This document shows positions 20,126-29,696 of a DNA stretch of 64,000 bases, piece by piece. Source of the DNA: Candidatus Aenigmatarchaeota archaeon (lineage in GTDB: Archaea > Aenigmatarchaeota > Aenigmatarchaeia > CG10238-14). Below the pieces are notes generated by a model. That model did no database searches and had not been told where the DNA came from. It saw only the letters and a list, made by a program, of their open reading frames with translations. The stretch lies in contig JAGVVZ010000001.1 in NCBI GenBank assembly GCA_018304545.1, positions 159,495 through 223,494 on the forward strand, in the 5' to 3' direction. Made by a program: the position numbers and the translations under genes. Numbering within the stretch: the stretch's first letter is position 1; each line of letters opens with the position of its first letter.

Positions 20126-20611
20126 TTATCCTAAAAATCTTTGACGTGCTCTATCTGCTGCAAAAGCTCCGACACCCGCACCAACACCTAAGAATACTAT
20201 TGCTGCAGGAATAGCTAACCATGGATTTATTTTGACGGCATGTAAAACTCTTTCGCCGGCATCAACAACCTGAGGTGTATTCCCTGTGGTTACCCAATCC
20301 CATAATTCACCTAAAATATCATAGTTACTTGCACATGTACTGATTGTTTCGATCGAATGTCTAATAACATATTCACCTGTTTCCTTAAGTCGTGATATAT
20401 TTGGCACAAGAAAACCTAAAACACCTTTAGGATCTTGAACAATTTGATAGCAAAATTGTCTAATAGCACCGACTTTAGATGCATAAAAAAGAGCGTCATA
20501 TGATCTTAATCCACCGAATCCTCCTGCTGTTCCACCAAGAATAGAAGCACCATGTCTAACTAATGGATTGCTATAAGTTTCTGTACTCCCATCACCATCA
20601 TAATAACTCAT
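20126..20611 (-). CDS. Orphan protein with glycine-zipper-like segments
   Basis: GGTGA SD; GASILGGTAGGFGG and C-terminal TM with LGVGAGVGAFAA. Confidence 0.7.
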   Translation of the reverse strand: MSYYDGDGSTETYSNPLVRHGASILGGTAGGFGGLRSYDALFYASKVGAIRQFCYQIVQDPKGVLGFLVPNISRLKETGEYVIRHSIETISTCASNYDILGELWDWVTTGNTPQVVDAGERVLHAVKINPWLAIPAAIVFLGVGAGVGAFAADRARQRFLG

Positions 20612-20764
20612 TTAATCACCAAGTTGTTACTATCATATAGTAAGAACTATTTATAATAATATCTGTGATAAAAAGGTTAACATATCTCAATTAAGTTCAA
20701 AATGTAAGATAAATATGCCGTTTTTATAAGAATTTAATTCGTTCGTATTATACTAATCATGTAA

Positions 20765-21466
20765 CTACTTCTTTCTCTTACCCATTCTCCTTGGAGATAT
20801 TGCACCAACCTTTCTTCCTGGCGGTGCATGTCTGGAAACGCTTTTAGGAATGCCTGGCTTTGTCTTACCACCGAATGGATGGTTCACAGGACCCATAGCT
20901 ACACCACTAACTATTGGATAAAGTCTTCCTCTCTTTCTTGAAACAATAAATCTTGTGCCTGCCTTGACCCATGGCTTCTCCCTTCTGCCAGAGCCGGCCG
21001 GTGTGCCTACTGTTGCAAGGCAATTCCCATTCATCTCTCTTATTTTGCCGGACGGGAAAGAAATTCTAACTTTATCTTTAATTTTGCTCATTATGGTAGC
21101 AAAGCTTCCAGAACTTCTGCATAATTTAGGACCAGAGCCAGGATTTGTTTCAATGCTGAAAATTCTCATGCCTTCCGGTATTTTGCCTAAAGGCAATACG
21201 CTCCCCAAACCAAGTCCTTCCCAATATTTCATAGAATCTCCTACTTTGATACCCTCGGGAGCTATATGCAATTTTTGAACACCATTAGGAAATTTAACAA
21301 TTGCTAAAGGAGAATTTCTACCTTGATCATGAATTATGTCTATTACTTGACCGGAAGAAATGCTCTTAGATAGGTAATATTCTACTTTGCCGGCGTATCT
21401 GTGAGACGGCGCTCTATATCTCGGGCCTCCCTTTCCTCTTGCTCTCTGAATAATTCTCTTACCCAT
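20765..21466 (-). CDS. rpl2: Ribosomal protein uL2
   Basis: MGKRIIQRARG, GVAM.PV.HPFGG, APPGRKVG. Confidence 0.97.
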   Translation of the reverse strand: MGKRIIQRARGKGGPRYRAPSHRYAGKVEYYLSKSISSGQVIDIIHDQGRNSPLAIVKFPNGVQKLHIAPEGIKVGDSMKYWEGLGLGSVLPLGKIPEGMRIFSIETNPGSGPKLCRSSGSFATIMSKIKDKVRISFPSGKIREMNGNCLATVGTPAGSGRREKPWVKAGTRFIVSRKRGRLYPIVSGVAMGPVNHPFGGKTKPGIPKSVSRHAPPGRKVGAISPRRMGKRKK

Positions 21467-21475
21467 CTATAACAC

Positions 21476-21736
21476 CTAGATCATTCCCAATTTGACAGCG
21501 ACATCGGCTGCTGCAAACTCCTTCTTTAATTTTATGAAAGCCTTCTTTCTGCCTTCCCTTGTTATTGACGTATTGATTTTCTCTATTTTAACCTTGAACA
21601 ACTCTTCGAATGCTCTTTTTATATCCTCTTTTTTAACTCTTTTATCGACAATAAATACGATTTTATTTTCTTTCTCTACCAAAGACACGTTTTTTTCTGT
21701 CATGTTGGGATATTTCAAAACTTCATAAGCGTCCAT
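21476..21736 (-). CDS. rpl23: Ribosomal protein uL23
   Basis: TEK, NKIVFIVD, KKAFIKL. Confidence 0.96.
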   Translation of the reverse strand: MDAYEVLKYPNMTEKNVSLVEKENKIVFIVDKRVKKEDIKRAFEELFKVKIEKINTSITREGRKKAFIKLKKEFAAADVAVKLGMI

Positions 21737-22531
21737 CTAAAACACCTTTAATTTTTCCATAGCTGATTGTGACCATATAGTCAGCCTTCCTGCATCTGCA
21801 CCCGGAGCCAAAATTTCCGTGTTTAAATCATCAACTCTTATTACATTAACACCTGGTATATTAACGGCTGCTTTGCTTATTCCCTTATCGTCTGTCACCA
21901 CTACTAGTGGACCTATCTTCTTCTTGTATCTTCTACCTCTAAGTTTCCCTCTGCCGGGCTTTTCTTTTTTAATCTGGCATCTCTTTAATTCGTCTTTTAA
22001 TCCCAATGATAAAAGCAGTTTCTCAAAATCCTTGGTTTTCTTTATTTCTTGGACATTATCTTCTAAAACTATAGGCAGTTCATTTATTCCACTAACCCTG
22101 TGTCCCCTGTTCTGGACCAAGATTTTGTCTGCTGTAGCAGCAATAGCTGATTTTAACGCGACGATATTTTCTCTATTGTTTATTTTTAATTTCCATACTT
22201 TCTCGACTTTAGGTGGGTGGGATCTTCTACCTTTAACTGTTTGCGGTACCTCTCTTGCACGGAAAGTCATGTGAGGAGCACCGCCATGAAGTCTAGGCAT
22301 TCTCGCCTTATTCTTATTCATCATAGAATACCTATATCTTCTCTTACCATGATAATGAGCTGCTGTTCTCATACCTGCCATAACATCTGCGCCGTAAGGC
22401 TGTCTTTTAGCACTTTGTAAAGATAACACTGATCTCTTAATTAAATCCGGTCTGAAAGGAGATTCGAAAATTTTCGGTAGATCTATTTTTGTTTTCGTTT
22501 TTCCATCTACGCTGTAAATATTAACCTTCAC
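21737..22531 (-). CDS. rpl4: Ribosomal protein uL4
   Basis: RPDLIKR, GRRSHPPK, LAPGADAGRLTIWS. Confidence 0.96.
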   Translation of the reverse strand: MKVNIYSVDGKTKTKIDLPKIFESPFRPDLIKRSVLSLQSAKRQPYGADVMAGMRTAAHYHGKRRYRYSMMNKNKARMPRLHGGAPHMTFRAREVPQTVKGRRSHPPKVEKVWKLKINNRENIVALKSAIAATADKILVQNRGHRVSGINELPIVLEDNVQEIKKTKDFEKLLLSLGLKDELKRCQIKKEKPGRGKLRGRRYKKKIGPLVVVTDDKGISKAAVNIPGVNVIRVDDLNTEILAPGADAGRLTIWSQSAMEKLKVF

Positions 22532-22536
22532 TTAAA

Positions 22537-23517
22537 TCACTTCTTTATTTCTTTAATTTCAGATATTAAAAGTGGTGTTTTCGGCGGTCTCAAAGCGTGT
22601 CTCATCATTATTAATCTTTTTTTTGGACCGGGTATAGAACCTTCCAGTAATAAATAATTCCCTTTGACAACACCATAATTAGTAAAACCGGATGCAGGAT
22701 TTATTTCATTCAGTTTATCTCCAATTTTTACGACACGCTTATTGAACTCGGTCCTTGTGAAAAATCCAAGTTGACCCGCTTGAGGAATAGTCCATCTTAC
22801 TCTCCTAGGTGTCTGCGGACCCAAAGTACCTATGTGTCTTCTTCTTTTAGCTGCTTTTCTGATTTGGATTTTAACGCCCCATCTTTTGACCACACCTTGA
22901 GTTCCAAAGCCTTTTGTAACAGAAGAAACATCTATATACTCTCCCTCCTTGAACACTTCATTTATTTTTAGTTCTTTACCGAAAACTCCGCGAACGAAAT
23001 TTATTTTGTCTTTAACTGAATTGCCGCCAACACCTAGTTCAAAAACCTCTGGTGTTTTTTTGCCTACACCTGATACATTAGGCTGGGCTCTAACCACAAT
23101 CGAAACATCTGATATTTTATCACCATTCTTCTCAACTTCTTCAAACTTTGAAACTGGATGTCCCATTGGTTTCAGTTTTCTCATAAGATACTTGTCTTTT
23201 TTTGTATTCTCATCCCAAATTTCTGTTAAAACTTTTGATCCATTATGAGTTGACGTATAGAATCTGACAGCAAGAATTTTTATGGGAGGACAGTCCAAAA
23301 CTGTGACAGGAATAGAAATTTGATCGCCTTTTGTCGGTGAGTTTTTTCTGGTGTCTACAGCAAGAACCTGAGTCATTCCAGCCTTATAACCGGAAAATCC
23401 GATGATCTTTGCTATGTCAATATTCGGCCATCTGTTAATATGTGGATAAATTCTTTTTGCTCTTTTTTTAGGAACATACGCAAGCGAACCTCTTCTAGAT
23501 CTTTTGGTTCTGGGCAT
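22537..23517 (-). CDS. rpl3: Ribosomal protein uL3
   Basis: RRGSL..P.KRA, GYKAGMT, TKGFGTQGVVKRWG, GSIPGP. Confidence 0.97.
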   Translation of the reverse strand: MPRTKRSRRGSLAYVPKKRAKRIYPHINRWPNIDIAKIIGFSGYKAGMTQVLAVDTRKNSPTKGDQISIPVTVLDCPPIKILAVRFYTSTHNGSKVLTEIWDENTKKDKYLMRKLKPMGHPVSKFEEVEKNGDKISDVSIVVRAQPNVSGVGKKTPEVFELGVGGNSVKDKINFVRGVFGKELKINEVFKEGEYIDVSSVTKGFGTQGVVKRWGVKIQIRKAAKRRRHIGTLGPQTPRRVRWTIPQAGQLGFFTRTEFNKRVVKIGDKLNEINPASGFTNYGVVKGNYLLLEGSIPGPKKRLIMMRHALRPPKTPLLISEIKEIKK

Positions 23518-23598
23518 TTATATCACTCTTAGAATTTATGATGCAAGGTTTAATAAGGTTTTCTTTTATATCGAATTAATACTATTTAAAGCAATAAA

Positions 23599-23709
23599 TC
23601 ATTTTTTGTTCTCAGACTCTGCGCCTACTAATGCTGTTAGAAGGCACGAAAATGATAAAAGCCACGTTTCTAAAAAATCAATCCAAAAATTGTCAGGTCT
23701 TAAATACAT
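23599..23709 (-). CDS. Putative 36-aa small protein upstream of uL3
   Basis: Manual translation MYLRPDNFWIDFLETWLLSFSCLLTALVGAESENKK. Confidence 0.35.
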   Translation of the reverse strand: MYLRPDNFWIDFLETWLLSFSCLLTALVGAESENKK

Positions 23710-23770
23710 TCTAGCAAAACTCAAAAAACATCACAGTAAAGTTAATTAAGCTTTTTGTGTTAAATGATGT

Positions 23771-24028
23771 ATGGTTTACATACAGTTCCAAATACCGAAT
23801 GATATAATTGACCTTGAATTTGGTTACAGATTGTTTGTTTACAAATCAGCAGACGGTTATATAGGAAATATAATAGATAGAAATGGCAAACCCGTTGCTG
23901 TAAGTCGCGTCGCTTCTCTAGATGTAACAATAAAATATGGAAAACAATATTTTGAATATAAAGTTAAACCGAGGTGCCTATTTGATCTCTGCATAAAATC
24001 AAGACAGTCTTCATATTCACCTACATAA
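23771..24028 (+). CDS. Hypothetical protein
   Basis: 85-aa ORF filling the intergenic space. Confidence 0.55.
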   Translation: MVYIQFQIPNDIIDLEFGYRLFVYKSADGYIGNIIDRNGKPVAVSRVASLDVTIKYGKQYFEYKVKPRCLFDLCIKSRQSSYSPT

Positions 24029-24033
24029 AAAGG

Positions 24034-24612
24034 TTAATCCATCCACTTAGGTTTTATTCCAAATTCCTCTAAATATTTTGAAATTTCATAGATTGGCAAA
24101 CCAGCTATGCATGATGAAGTACCTTTAATACATTCAACAAAAATTGAAAATTTTTTCATGTGAAAAAAACCGCCCGCACCATTGAAACCTTCTTGTGTTA
24201 AAACATACGCATTTATCTCATCTTCCGTCAGTTTTTTTATTTTGAGAGTTGTTTTAGCATGACTTACAGCTATATTCCTAGAATCCACTATAGCAAAACC
24301 GGTTATTGCAATGACTTTCTTTCCGCTCAGCATTCTTAACATTTCTTTGGATTTTTCCTCGTTCTTTGGTTTGCCCAACAGTTCGCCGTCAACCAACATC
24401 ATCAAATCTGCTCCTAAAACAACAGCATCTTTGTTTCTCAATGCTATATGTTCTGCCTTTTTTAATGCCAATTTTTCAACATATTCTTCGGGTGATCCGT
24501 AGCTATCGACAATCTCTTCTACATCGCTAGAAATCATATCAAACTCATACCCTGCCCTTTCCAATATCTCTTTTCTACTTGGAGAACTCGAAGCTAAAAT
24601 TAATCTTTTCAT
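24034..24612 (-). CDS. maf: Maf family nucleoside triphosphate pyrophosphatase
   Basis: LILASSSPSRKEIL, LGAD, GKP, GLP. Confidence 0.92.
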   Translation of the reverse strand: MKRLILASSSPSRKEILERAGYEFDMISSDVEEIVDSYGSPEEYVEKLALKKAEHIALRNKDAVVLGADLMMLVDGELLGKPKNEEKSKEMLRMLSGKKVIAITGFAIVDSRNIAVSHAKTTLKIKKLTEDEINAYVLTQEGFNGAGGFFHMKKFSIFVECIKGTSSCIAGLPIYEISKYLEEFGIKPKWMD

Positions 24613-24657
24613 AATATTTGTTAAAGATTCAAAACTATATAATCACTATTGATTATT

Positions 24658-25203
24658 ATGAACGAGTGTGTCTTTTGTGCTATAGCTAGTAAGAAAATTA
24701 AAAGTAGAATCGTGTATGAAGACGATGCCACTGTATCCGTATTAGATATAACACCTAAATCGAAGGGCATGTGTTTAGTTATACCAAAAAAACATTTCGA
24801 TTTCTTTGATGAAGATATACAAACAGCAACAAAAACTTTCAAATCTGCTTTAATAGTGGCACAAAAAGTCAAAACTTCTCTGAACCCGTTAACAATTTTC
24901 TTTGCATCACTACAGGCCCAGATACCTCATTTCAATATAAGAGTATATCCCGTTTATGAGAACCAAATCCCACTAATAGAAAATAGGCCCATAGAGGTTG
25001 ATGAAAAAGAAATGAATGAAATAGCGAATAAGATAAGATCAATTGATGTGCATTCGCCGGAAGAGACTGAAACTGAGGAAGTTGTTGAAGAAGAGCCCAA
25101 ACAAGAGATTGTTGAAATAGAAAAAAAGGTTGCTGTTGAAAAAGATGATAGACAGAGAGACGATAAAAAATTTTGGTTCAAAAAATCATTTGAAACGGCA
25201 TGA
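24658..25203 (+). CDS. HIT-family protein with degenerate histidine triad
   Basis: CVFCAI, LDITP..G..LVIPKKH; triad reads IPHFNIRVYP. Confidence 0.85.
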   Translation: MNECVFCAIASKKIKSRIVYEDDATVSVLDITPKSKGMCLVIPKKHFDFFDEDIQTATKTFKSALIVAQKVKTSLNPLTIFFASLQAQIPHFNIRVYPVYENQIPLIENRPIEVDEKEMNEIANKIRSIDVHSPEETETEEVVEEEPKQEIVEIEKKVAVEKDDRQRDDKKFWFKKSFETA

Positions 25204-25212
25204 GGTGATATA

Positions 25213-25707
25213 ATGAAAATGGATGTTGAAATCGTAGACGTTTTACAAGAAAAGGGCAAATACGAAGTTATTATAGGTCAGGGAAATTTTTCTGTTTTAA
25301 CTGTGGATGATCTTTATATGGTATTGAAAAAATCCGCCGGCAAAGGAGAGTTTGCGATTGCTATGAACGAATCTGATCCTAAGTTGGTTAGAGTCAACGG
25401 CACAAATGAAGAACTGAAAAAACTGGTGGCAGAAGCAGCATTGAAAATAGGTGCAGGACACTGCTTTGTTATATTTATGAAAGATATTTATCCCATCAAC
25501 GTGCTGACAGAAATAAAACATTACCCAACAGTCTGCAACATTTACGTTGCTACATCCAACAAACTACAAGTATTAACAGTGGAGACAAATCTAGGTAAAT
25601 CGATTGTAGGAATAGTTGATGGATATACTATGGAAAAAATCGAAAACGATGATGAGAAAAAACAAAGAAGAGATCTCATAAATAAAATAGGTTTTGGTTT
25701 ACCATAG
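25213..25707 (+). CDS. Adenosine-specific kinase family protein (DUF355)
   Basis: IIGQ, IGAGH.FVI, YPINVL, IYVATSN, IVGIVDG. Confidence 0.85.
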   Translation: MKMDVEIVDVLQEKGKYEVIIGQGNFSVLTVDDLYMVLKKSAGKGEFAIAMNESDPKLVRVNGTNEELKKLVAEAALKIGAGHCFVIFMKDIYPINVLTEIKHYPTVCNIYVATSNKLQVLTVETNLGKSIVGIVDGYTMEKIENDDEKKQRRDLINKIGFGLP

Positions 25708-25746
25708 AAAGATTTTTGTAATTCAATGTTTCATCTTATTAACAAT

Positions 25747-25818
25747 GCATCAGTGGTCCAGTGGCTAAGATCCTGGCCTTCCAAGCCAGTGACCCGGGTT
25801 CGAATCCCGGCTGATGCA
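25747..25818 (+). tRNA. tRNA-Gly(TCC)
   Basis: GCATCAG/CTGATGC acceptor stem, CTGGC-CTTCCAA-GCCAG anticodon arm, TTCGAAT T-loop. Confidence 0.96.
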
Positions 25819-25877
25819 TAATTGAAAAATTACAAAATCTTAAATCCTTCAGTCTTTTCTAAAATTAAAGAAATAAC

Positions 25878-26558
25878 ATGGTTTACGATAGTTCAGTAGT
25901 TCAAGCTGGATATAATAAAGAACTCTATGAGAATAGCCATGAGTTTTATAGAGCCTTAAACAGAGTCTCCAAAATAATAATAGATTATCCTATTGCACTT
26001 GCAGCATCTGCTGCAACACTTCCAATAATCGGTGCTACTGCTATTCTAATAAAACTCGAGTCATATGGACCTGTATTTTATATTCCAACAAGAATTGGCG
26101 AAGATTGTAAACCAATTAAAGTTCGTAAATTGAGAAGCATGGTTCATGGGGGGAGAGAAATGTTAAATGGGAAAATGCTAGATGGCTATGAAAGTTCTGG
26201 TGCTTATCTTCGTGATAAAGAAACATTTATCACGAGAATAGGAAAGGTTTTAAGAAAATACAGTTTAGATGAGATGCCGCAATTTTGGGATGTGTTATTA
26301 GGTAGAATGAGCTTAGTTGGACCAAGAGCTTTGCATCCTCTTGAAGTTAAAAATCTTCCTCCAGAAGCTTTAGAAAGGTTTTCTTGTCCTGCCGGTATTA
26401 CTGGAAACTGGCAAATAAGTAACAGATCTGGCCCAGAAGAAAGAACTATGTTAGATATAAATTATGCAAGAAGATACAATAATGAATGGATTATTCCATA
26501 CGACCTAGAAATTGTTTTTAAAACCGTTCTTTATGTTTTATTTGGTAAAAATCACTAA
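25878..26558 (+). CDS. Polyprenyl-phosphate sugar-1-phosphate transferase (bacterial sugar transferase, PglC/WcaJ-type)
   Basis: GPVFY, KLRSM, LRKYSLDEMPQ, MSLVGPR, GITGNWQI. Confidence 0.9.
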   Translation: MVYDSSVVQAGYNKELYENSHEFYRALNRVSKIIIDYPIALAASAATLPIIGATAILIKLESYGPVFYIPTRIGEDCKPIKVRKLRSMVHGGREMLNGKMLDGYESSGAYLRDKETFITRIGKVLRKYSLDEMPQFWDVLLGRMSLVGPRALHPLEVKNLPPEALERFSCPAGITGNWQISNRSGPEERTMLDINYARRYNNEWIIPYDLEIVFKTVLYVLFGKNH

Positions 26559-26577
26559 TAAGAATTAGTGAGGCATA

Positions 26578-27249
26578 ATGAAAATGATTAAAATGATTTT
26601 TTATTTTTTACTCGAAATGGTCACAATGCTAGCATACATAACTTCTGGTTTGTTGGGATATTTTTGGAAATTAAAAACAACTAAAAATCTGAAATCGAAA
26701 AGGTCCACTGCTGTTATAATTCATGGCTGGTTAACGCAGAGTCCTATGTTGTTTTTACAAAAATGCTCATTAGAAAAGGAAGGATATAATGTGTATATTC
26801 CTGAGTTTGGATGGCAGTTAGGAGATATAAAAGAATTAACTGAAAAATTAGACTTGTACTTGAAAAACAAAAATCTGAAAAACGTAATTTTAATAGGCAA
26901 TAGTTTAGGATCAATAATTTCATTAAAATATCTGAATACGTACAATGGATGGAAACGTGTCAGAAAATTTATCAGCATATCCGGTCCATTTCGTGGATCA
27001 AACCTCGCATATTTAGCATTCTGGTTTTCCAAATCAGCTAGGCAAATGCTACCAGATTCTAAATTTTTAAAAGAATTATTAGCGAACATTAAGAATAAAA
27101 ACAAAATAACATGTGTTAGTGCAGAAATAGACTTCATAGTCCCAAGATTAAGTAGTCAAATAAAAGGAACTAATAATAAAATAATAAAAGTTTTAGGTCA
27201 CACTAATCTTCAATTTCTATTTCCGTTGTATTATAGAGAAGTTATCTAA
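26578..27249 (+). CDS. Alpha/beta hydrolase (lipase/esterase-like)
   Basis: IIHGW, GNSLG nucleophile elbow, PFRGS, GH. Confidence 0.85.
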   Translation: MKMIKMIFYFLLEMVTMLAYITSGLLGYFWKLKTTKNLKSKRSTAVIIHGWLTQSPMLFLQKCSLEKEGYNVYIPEFGWQLGDIKELTEKLDLYLKNKNLKNVILIGNSLGSIISLKYLNTYNGWKRVRKFISISGPFRGSNLAYLAFWFSKSARQMLPDSKFLKELLANIKNKNKITCVSAEIDFIVPRLSSQIKGTNNKIIKVLGHTNLQFLFPLYYREVI

Positions 27250-27346
27250 TGCTCGTTAGACATAATTGCTCGATAACGTATCTAACTTTTAATTTGAACG
27301 TACACAAAACAAATATTTTATAAACTTTCTTAATTCTATTTAATTT

Positions 27347-27811
27347 ATGGCTACATTCACTTCAGACGAAAAAAAAATAATTGAATATGCAAAAAAAGCA
27401 ATAGTAAAATATAACAAATTACGTAAAGCAAATTTAGGAATTGATACACTATACGCTTTTGTTATGTCGGATGGCGGAAAAATATACGATGGTGCTTGTT
27501 TTGAAACAAATATTTCACATAGTAACATCTGTGCAGAAAGACATGCAATAGCGAATATGATTTTAAAAGAGACTTACAAAGCAAAGGTAAAAATTGTGGT
27601 TGTAGCGGATCCTGTACCAGATATACAAAAACATAGCACTCTTCCCTGTGGCACATGCAGACATGTTATAAGAGAATTTGGCGGACCAGATACTACGATT
27701 ATATGCATACAATATATTCAGCGAAAAGGGGATTGGATATTTCCTAAAATAGAAAAACATAAAATAAAAGAACTTTATCCGCAACCTTACACACCTGTTA
27801 AGTGGGATTGA
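27347..27811 (+). CDS. cdd: Cytidine deaminase
   Basis: CAERHAIA and PCGTCRH zinc motifs. Confidence 0.88.
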   Translation: MATFTSDEKKIIEYAKKAIVKYNKLRKANLGIDTLYAFVMSDGGKIYDGACFETNISHSNICAERHAIANMILKETYKAKVKIVVVADPVPDIQKHSTLPCGTCRHVIREFGGPDTTIICIQYIQRKGDWIFPKIEKHKIKELYPQPYTPVKWD

Positions 27812-27921
27812 TAGCACACAACATACCCGTGTGAGATAAAATAATGTTATGTACAACTCAAATTTTTTTCAGAAATTTTACGATTTCTACAATTTTCACT
27901 TTGTTAAAACTTCTCTCAATC

Positions 27922-28503
27922 TTATATGTTAATATTCAAATCCAAATTTTTTTCTTCTTCCAAAATAATTTCTTCATCAACTCTTGTAGAAGGATGCTTT
28001 GGTCCGAGCAAATCACATACTTCTGGCCCTTTAGAAATTTCAAACGTGCCTATTCTTTCAGCTATTTTTATGATTTCATTTTTGTCAAATCCAAGTAAAG
28101 GGCGTAAAACAGGAATCTTTACAACTTTGTTTATAACCACTAAATTTTCTAAAGTTTGACTTGAGACCTGAGCCAAATTTTCTCCAGTTACTAAAAAATC
28201 ACATTTCTCTTTTTTCGCAATTTTTTCAGCTATTTTATACATGAGCCTTTTGGTCAGAACAAAATAATGCTTATGCGTGCATTTCGTAGCAATTTCTTGA
28301 TATTCCTTGGCGACATTAATTACATGCAATTTTTTAATTCCTAATTTTTCAGAAATTCTTCTGCATTTCAGTTCCGGATTATTGTCAGTTATTGGTTCAA
28401 TGGAAAAGTGAACTGCCGATAAATCAACGTCTAGTTGCTTCATCATATAAGCGGCAACTGGACTATCTATGCCACCACTCAACAACAATAGTCCTTTCAT
28501 CAT
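27922..28503 (-). CDS. ThiI-like PP-loop tRNA sulfurtransferase, catalytic domain only
   Basis: SGGIDSPVA, TGENLAQVSSQT, VLRPL, IGTFEIS; no THUMP domain. Confidence 0.88.
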   Translation of the reverse strand: MMKGLLLLSGGIDSPVAAYMMKQLDVDLSAVHFSIEPITDNNPELKCRRISEKLGIKKLHVINVAKEYQEIATKCTHKHYFVLTKRLMYKIAEKIAKKEKCDFLVTGENLAQVSSQTLENLVVINKVVKIPVLRPLLGFDKNEIIKIAERIGTFEISKGPEVCDLLGPKHPSTRVDEEIILEEEKNLDLNINI

Positions 28504-28547
28504 ATCACATTTTTTAATGATTTAGTTTATATTTTAATAGTGATTTG

Positions 28548-28709
28548 ATGAATTCAAAGAAATTAAAAGTTGCTGCCAACATGTTATTAGTCACTAAATC
28601 CGGCGGAAAGACCAGTAATTTCAACGGAAAGTATTTTAATTCAGAATCCCACGATTTGTTAGCCTCCAACGGCAAAATCCGTGATGAAATACTAGAAATA
28701 GTTAAATAG
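28548..28709 (+). pseudogene. C-terminal remnant of inositol monophosphatase (SuhB-like)
   Basis: VAANMLLVTKSGGKTSNFNGK..DLLASNGKIRDEILEIVK resembles the IMPase C-terminus. Confidence 0.7.
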
Positions 28710-28772
28710 TGTCAAAAAATAAAGTTTATTAAACTTTATATAATAAAAGTATGTAGACCTATAGGTGAAAAA

Positions 28773-29159
28773 ATGAGACAAGATACGCTAGCTGATGTAT
28801 TTTCCATAATCAGAAATGCAGAAAAAGTTGGTAAAACTGGTTGTGTAACACCTGCATCTAATTTAGCCAGAGAAGTCCTGAAAATCATACAGAAACTGGG
28901 CTATATAGGTGTTTTTGAATTCATAGACAATGGGAGATCAGGAAAATTCAGAATAGAGCTAAAAAGTAAGATCAATGGCTGCAATGTAATTAAACCACGA
29001 TACTCTGTGAAGGCGGGAGAATTTGAAAAGTTTGAAAAAAGGTTTTTACCTGCAAGAGGATTTGGTATTCTAATCATAAGCACTACTTCTGGAGTAATAA
29101 CTCATGAAGAAGCAAGAGAAAAGAACATAGGTGGAAAACTCATCGGATATATTTATTAA
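28773..29159 (+). CDS. rps8: Ribosomal protein uS8
   Basis: GYIG.FEFIDNGRSG, IKPR, LPARGFG, GG.L..YIY. Confidence 0.97.
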   Translation: MRQDTLADVFSIIRNAEKVGKTGCVTPASNLAREVLKIIQKLGYIGVFEFIDNGRSGKFRIELKSKINGCNVIKPRYSVKAGEFEKFEKRFLPARGFGILIISTTSGVITHEEAREKNIGGKLIGYIY

Positions 29160-29168
29160 GTGATTCTA

Positions 29169-29693
29169 ATGAAAAAAGAACTTGTTATTCCTGAGGGAAT
29201 CAATGTGGATGTCACTGATAAGAAAATAACTGTCAATGGCAAACTTGGCAAACTCGAAAAGGAGTTCAAGTATTTTCATGATATAAAATTAGAAAAACAG
29301 GACAACAAGTTAACCGTATCATGCGAGTCTGAAAAAAAGAAAGTAAAGGCAATGATAGGGACTATAATTTCTCATACAAAAAACTTAATCCAGGGTGTCA
29401 CCGCAGGATATACCTACAAGCTCAAAGCTGTCTACACACATTTTCCTATGACCAGTAAAGTGGAAGGAAACAGGGTTGTCATAACTAATTTTTTAGGTGA
29501 AAAGACAAGTAGAACGGCCAAGATTTTGGAAGGTGTTAAGGTCGAAATAAACGGCCAAGATTTGACTGTCACGGGCAATGATCTTGAAAAAGTTGCTCAA
29601 ACGGCAGCAAACATCGAAACAGCAACGAAAATTACAAAAAAGGATAGAAGAATATTCCAAGATATGATAGCTATCGTAAAAGGAAAGGCGTAG
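29169..29693 (+). CDS. rpl6: Ribosomal protein uL6
   Basis: YTHFPM, NFLGEK, QTAANIE, DRRIFQD. Confidence 0.96.
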   Translation: MKKELVIPEGINVDVTDKKITVNGKLGKLEKEFKYFHDIKLEKQDNKLTVSCESEKKKVKAMIGTIISHTKNLIQGVTAGYTYKLKAVYTHFPMTSKVEGNRVVITNFLGEKTSRTAKILEGVKVEINGQDLTVTGNDLEKVAQTAANIETATKITKKDRRIFQDMIAIVKGKA

Positions 29694-29696
29694 ATT

